A stretch of DNA of 64,000 nt from Strigamia acuminata (Eukaryota): positions 21,080,001-21,144,000 of the forward strand of contig OX442314.1 of the NCBI GenBank assembly GCA_949358305.1, written 5' to 3'. This document shows positions 61,717 to 64,000 of the stretch, in pieces. Both the position numbers and the translations under genes were made by a program. The notes below the pieces were generated by a model, which saw nothing but the letters and a program-made list of their open reading frames with translations, searched no databases and was not told the origin of the DNA. Numbering within the stretch: the first letter of the stretch is position 1; the number at the start of each line of letters is the position of its first letter.

Positions 61717-64000
61717 TCATTCTCTCAATCGCGATAACGTTTTCCTGACGTCCGAACAGGTTTTTGCGGCGGCCAATTCTAGAATAAAATCGGTCAATTG
61801 TTCTTGTTCTCCACCAAAACTTTGCGCAAGAAAAAGTTTAAGCGCTTCTTCTAGCCAAGAACACACTGCTCGTCTGTCGAAGTACATCAACCCAAAAATG
61901 ACGTCGGCTAGGTCCGCAATCACGAAGAATTGTTGATAACAAATGCACGAGTTAACTAAATTTGTTATCAATAATGCCCCGTGCTCGGCCAAGCAAGCAC
62001 TGACAAGTTCGCAAATTTCAGAGTCCCGACTCTTACTACTGTTAAAATAAATTAAATCTTTGAAAAATGCTACTACCGACTTTTTCGTCTCTCGATGAGC
62101 GATCTTGCACGCGACTAAACCACATTGAATAATCGGTTTAAACATTGTTGATTGTACGAAAGGAACCATTATTCGTCTCTGGTACCTCGAGCATAACCTG
62201 AATAAATCCTCAACTGTGTCGGGGTGATTATGTAGATTATTAGGACCATCTAACAATAAGAATGTTGGCACACATAACGCTACCAGCATTTCGAGCAAAG
62301 CTGCATGATAACCTGGAAACTCATCACATTCATCGACTAAAATACTCCCCAAATACAAATAACACGAATGAGGATGTTGCGGATACAGTTGCACAATCAA
62401 TTTGACTACTGGTTCCAATAAACATGAGGATTGTGGACCCACACACCGAATCATATAACGAATGCACTTGCAACAACTTTCGATGATTCGATGATCGTGT
62501 TGAAATTTAAGTAACGTTTCGGATAGAATCGGCCAAATTTCCTGTACGACATCCGTACAAGGATGCGTTACTCCCTCCGCAATGGTTAATCGTAGATTCC
62601 TAAAAATGGCCGTCAGACGATTGAGCGAATTTATCGGCGAATCTTTTGACCCGTCCTGAATCGTTCGAAACAGCTCACCCGTTTGGATCAAACACATTTG
62701 CGAAACTCCTTTCGATATCATCGGAAATGGCATTTCAGCCAATATCCGAGCTGTGCCTTTGAATAAACCAACAGCCGCTTTGTTAAATTGCTGCATATTC
62801 CGTAAAATAAGCAGAAGGCCGTCAAAATGAAGACGCATCTCACCCGTGGCGAAAATGCAGATGTCTTGTAACGCACTAGCCGCCATCGTGGCTAACTGTG
62901 GCTGATGTAAGCATTTCAACAAGAAATTAAGAATCGATTCGATGGTCTGAGGATGGTGCGAGATCCATTTGCACAATTGTCCAACCAGTTGAACACACGT
63001 CAACCGTAGTGCCACGTGAGCGGAGTCTGGTAAATTGAGAATGGCCCCTAACACGTCCGGAATAATTTCGCTCTTAGAAACATTATCGGCAACGGCGCAC
63101 ATGACGAACAACGACGCCTCCAACATGTCCCATGTGTTATTTCCCTCGTTTTTAAGATCCTCAAACATTTGTCGAAAACAATCGCACGAGCCCACAACGA
63201 AAACAACATTTTTTATCAAATCCGAAACTCTCGCACGAAACTCGACGAAATCGTCCCCGTCTTTGAGTAGTCCTTCCAAACCAGGTTCCAACCGACAATG
63301 TTTGCGCAGAGCCGCTAAAAGTCTCACTACGTACGGTTTAAACATCTCCAAGTGCGTATCGTTAGATGGTTGCAGAAATTCGCTCAATCGAAACCAAAAA
63401 TTGAACGTGATTTCGGCCACTTCGCGATCGTTATTTTCCGAACAAACAAGAACCATCTCCAACGTCCGCAAACTGCCTGTCCCTTGGCCCGGCGTTTTCA
63501 TGATATCTTCCACGAGTGACTGTGCGAGCTCTGTGAATAATCTGCAAAAATTCACGCACTTGTCGTTATCCCCCACCTTAACCGACAAATGATACGGTTC
63601 GATCAAAGTGTGCACACCTTGCAGCAAAGCCTGTTTCAACCCCACGTAAGCATCCCGCTCTTCGAATATCACCAAGGCTTGGCAAATACAATCACTCGCG
63701 GCACCGTGCACCATCGAAGGGGCGTCGCAATTTCCCAACGAACGAAATACACCGAACAATAAGGAACTGTGAGCGAGTTCCACGCTCGGTATTGCACCGA
63801 CGTCCAACCAATTGCCCAAACATTTTAGAATTGTCGCATATATTCGAGGATCAGTCGTGCCGAAGGCTTCCGTATACGCGACCATCAACTGCAACAACAT
63901 TGGACCGACTAGCGTAAACTGATGCCTTATCTCTTTCCTTCGGTCCGTACCTAACCGTGGCGAGAAGTTGTGAAATTCCTCCGGAAGAACCGTGAGTATT
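61717..64000 (-). CDS. TNPO3: Transportin-3 / transportin-SR-like importin-beta family protein, intronless, 5'-partial (frame stays open past the listed Met at 63900 to the window edge)
   Basis: Motifs matching TNPO3 as I recall it: ILTVLPEE (63976-63999), AASDCIC, TPGQG..LRTLE, FNFWFRL, EFRARVSDL, HPC..VVQEIWPILSETL, HSCYLYLGSILVDE, NHPDTVEDLFRL, QLTDF; TGA stop at 61717-61719. Confidence 0.92.
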   Translation of the reverse strand, partial: ILTVLPEEFHNFSPRLGTDRRKEIRHQFTLVGPMLLQLMVAYTEAFGTTDPRIYATILKCLGNWLDVGAIPSVELAHSSLLFGVFRSLGNCDAPSMVHGAASDCICQALVIFEERDAYVGLKQALLQGVHTLIEPYHLSVKVGDNDKCVNFCRLFTELAQSLVEDIMKTPGQGTGSLRTLEMVLVCSENNDREVAEITFNFWFRLSEFLQPSNDTHLEMFKPYVVRLLAALRKHCRLEPGLEGLLKDGDDFVEFRARVSDLIKNVVFVVGSCDCFRQMFEDLKNEGNNTWDMLEASLFVMCAVADNVSKSEIIPDVLGAILNLPDSAHVALRLTCVQLVGQLCKWISHHPQTIESILNFLLKCLHQPQLATMAASALQDICIFATGEMRLHFDGLLLILRNMQQFNKAAVGLFKGTARILAEMPFPMISKGVSQMCLIQTGELFRTIQDGSKDSPINSLNRLTAIFRNLRLTIAEGVTHPCTDVVQEIWPILSETLLKFQHDHRIIESCCKCIRYMIRCVGPQSSCLLEPVVKLIVQLYPQHPHSCYLYLGSILVDECDEFPGYHAALLEMLVALCVPTFLLLDGPNNLHNHPDTVEDLFRLCSRYQRRIMVPFVQSTMFKPIIQCGLVACKIAHRETKKSVVAFFKDLIYFNSSKSRDSEICELVSACLAEHGALLITNLVNSCICYQQFFVIADLADVIFGLMYFDRRAVCSWLEEALKLFLAQSFGGEQEQLTDFILELAAAKTCSDVRKTLSRLRE

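Noticed and set aside
63035..63592. 185-aa + strand ORF
   Set aside because: Antisense shadow of the TNPO3 frame; Ser/Thr-rich, no domain
1..64000. CRISPR arrays, rRNA, intact tRNA genes, prokaryotic operons
   Set aside because: None seen; the window is spliceosomal-intron-containing eukaryotic DNA, and the only tRNA-related sequences are the PBS and isolated B-boxes

Overview
AT-rich eukaryotic genomic DNA, invertebrate and probably arthropod (inferred from a short TTAGG tract and the BEL/Pao element). (1) A + strand TMTC3 gene (ER protein O-mannosyltransferase with TPR repeats). I reconstructed 19 coding exons by hand (23248-60308; 2358 nt, 785 codons plus stop). All junctions are GT-AG and in phase. 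The first coding exon(s) were not found and probably lie upstream of the window, so 1-23247 is probably intron. (2) A complete, apparently very young BEL/Pao LTR retrotransposon (26141-32265) inside a TMTC3 intron. It has two 400-bp LTRs identical by eye, a TATTT target-site duplication, an 18-nt tRNA-Phe primer-binding site and one intact 1737-aa gag-pol ORF, but non-canonical TG...AA LTR ends and no clear polypurine tract. (3) An intronless, diverged transportin-3 (TNPO3) ORF on the - strand, convergent with TMTC3 and open to the window end; probably a retrogene. (4) Smaller repeats: a probable second retroelement 5' end at the left edge, a ~490-bp foldback MITE, a ~200-bp Tc2-like MITE, tRNA-derived SINE-like fragments and a possible decayed Merlin transposase. 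I found no convincing wholly new biological system; the best leads are listed as findings.
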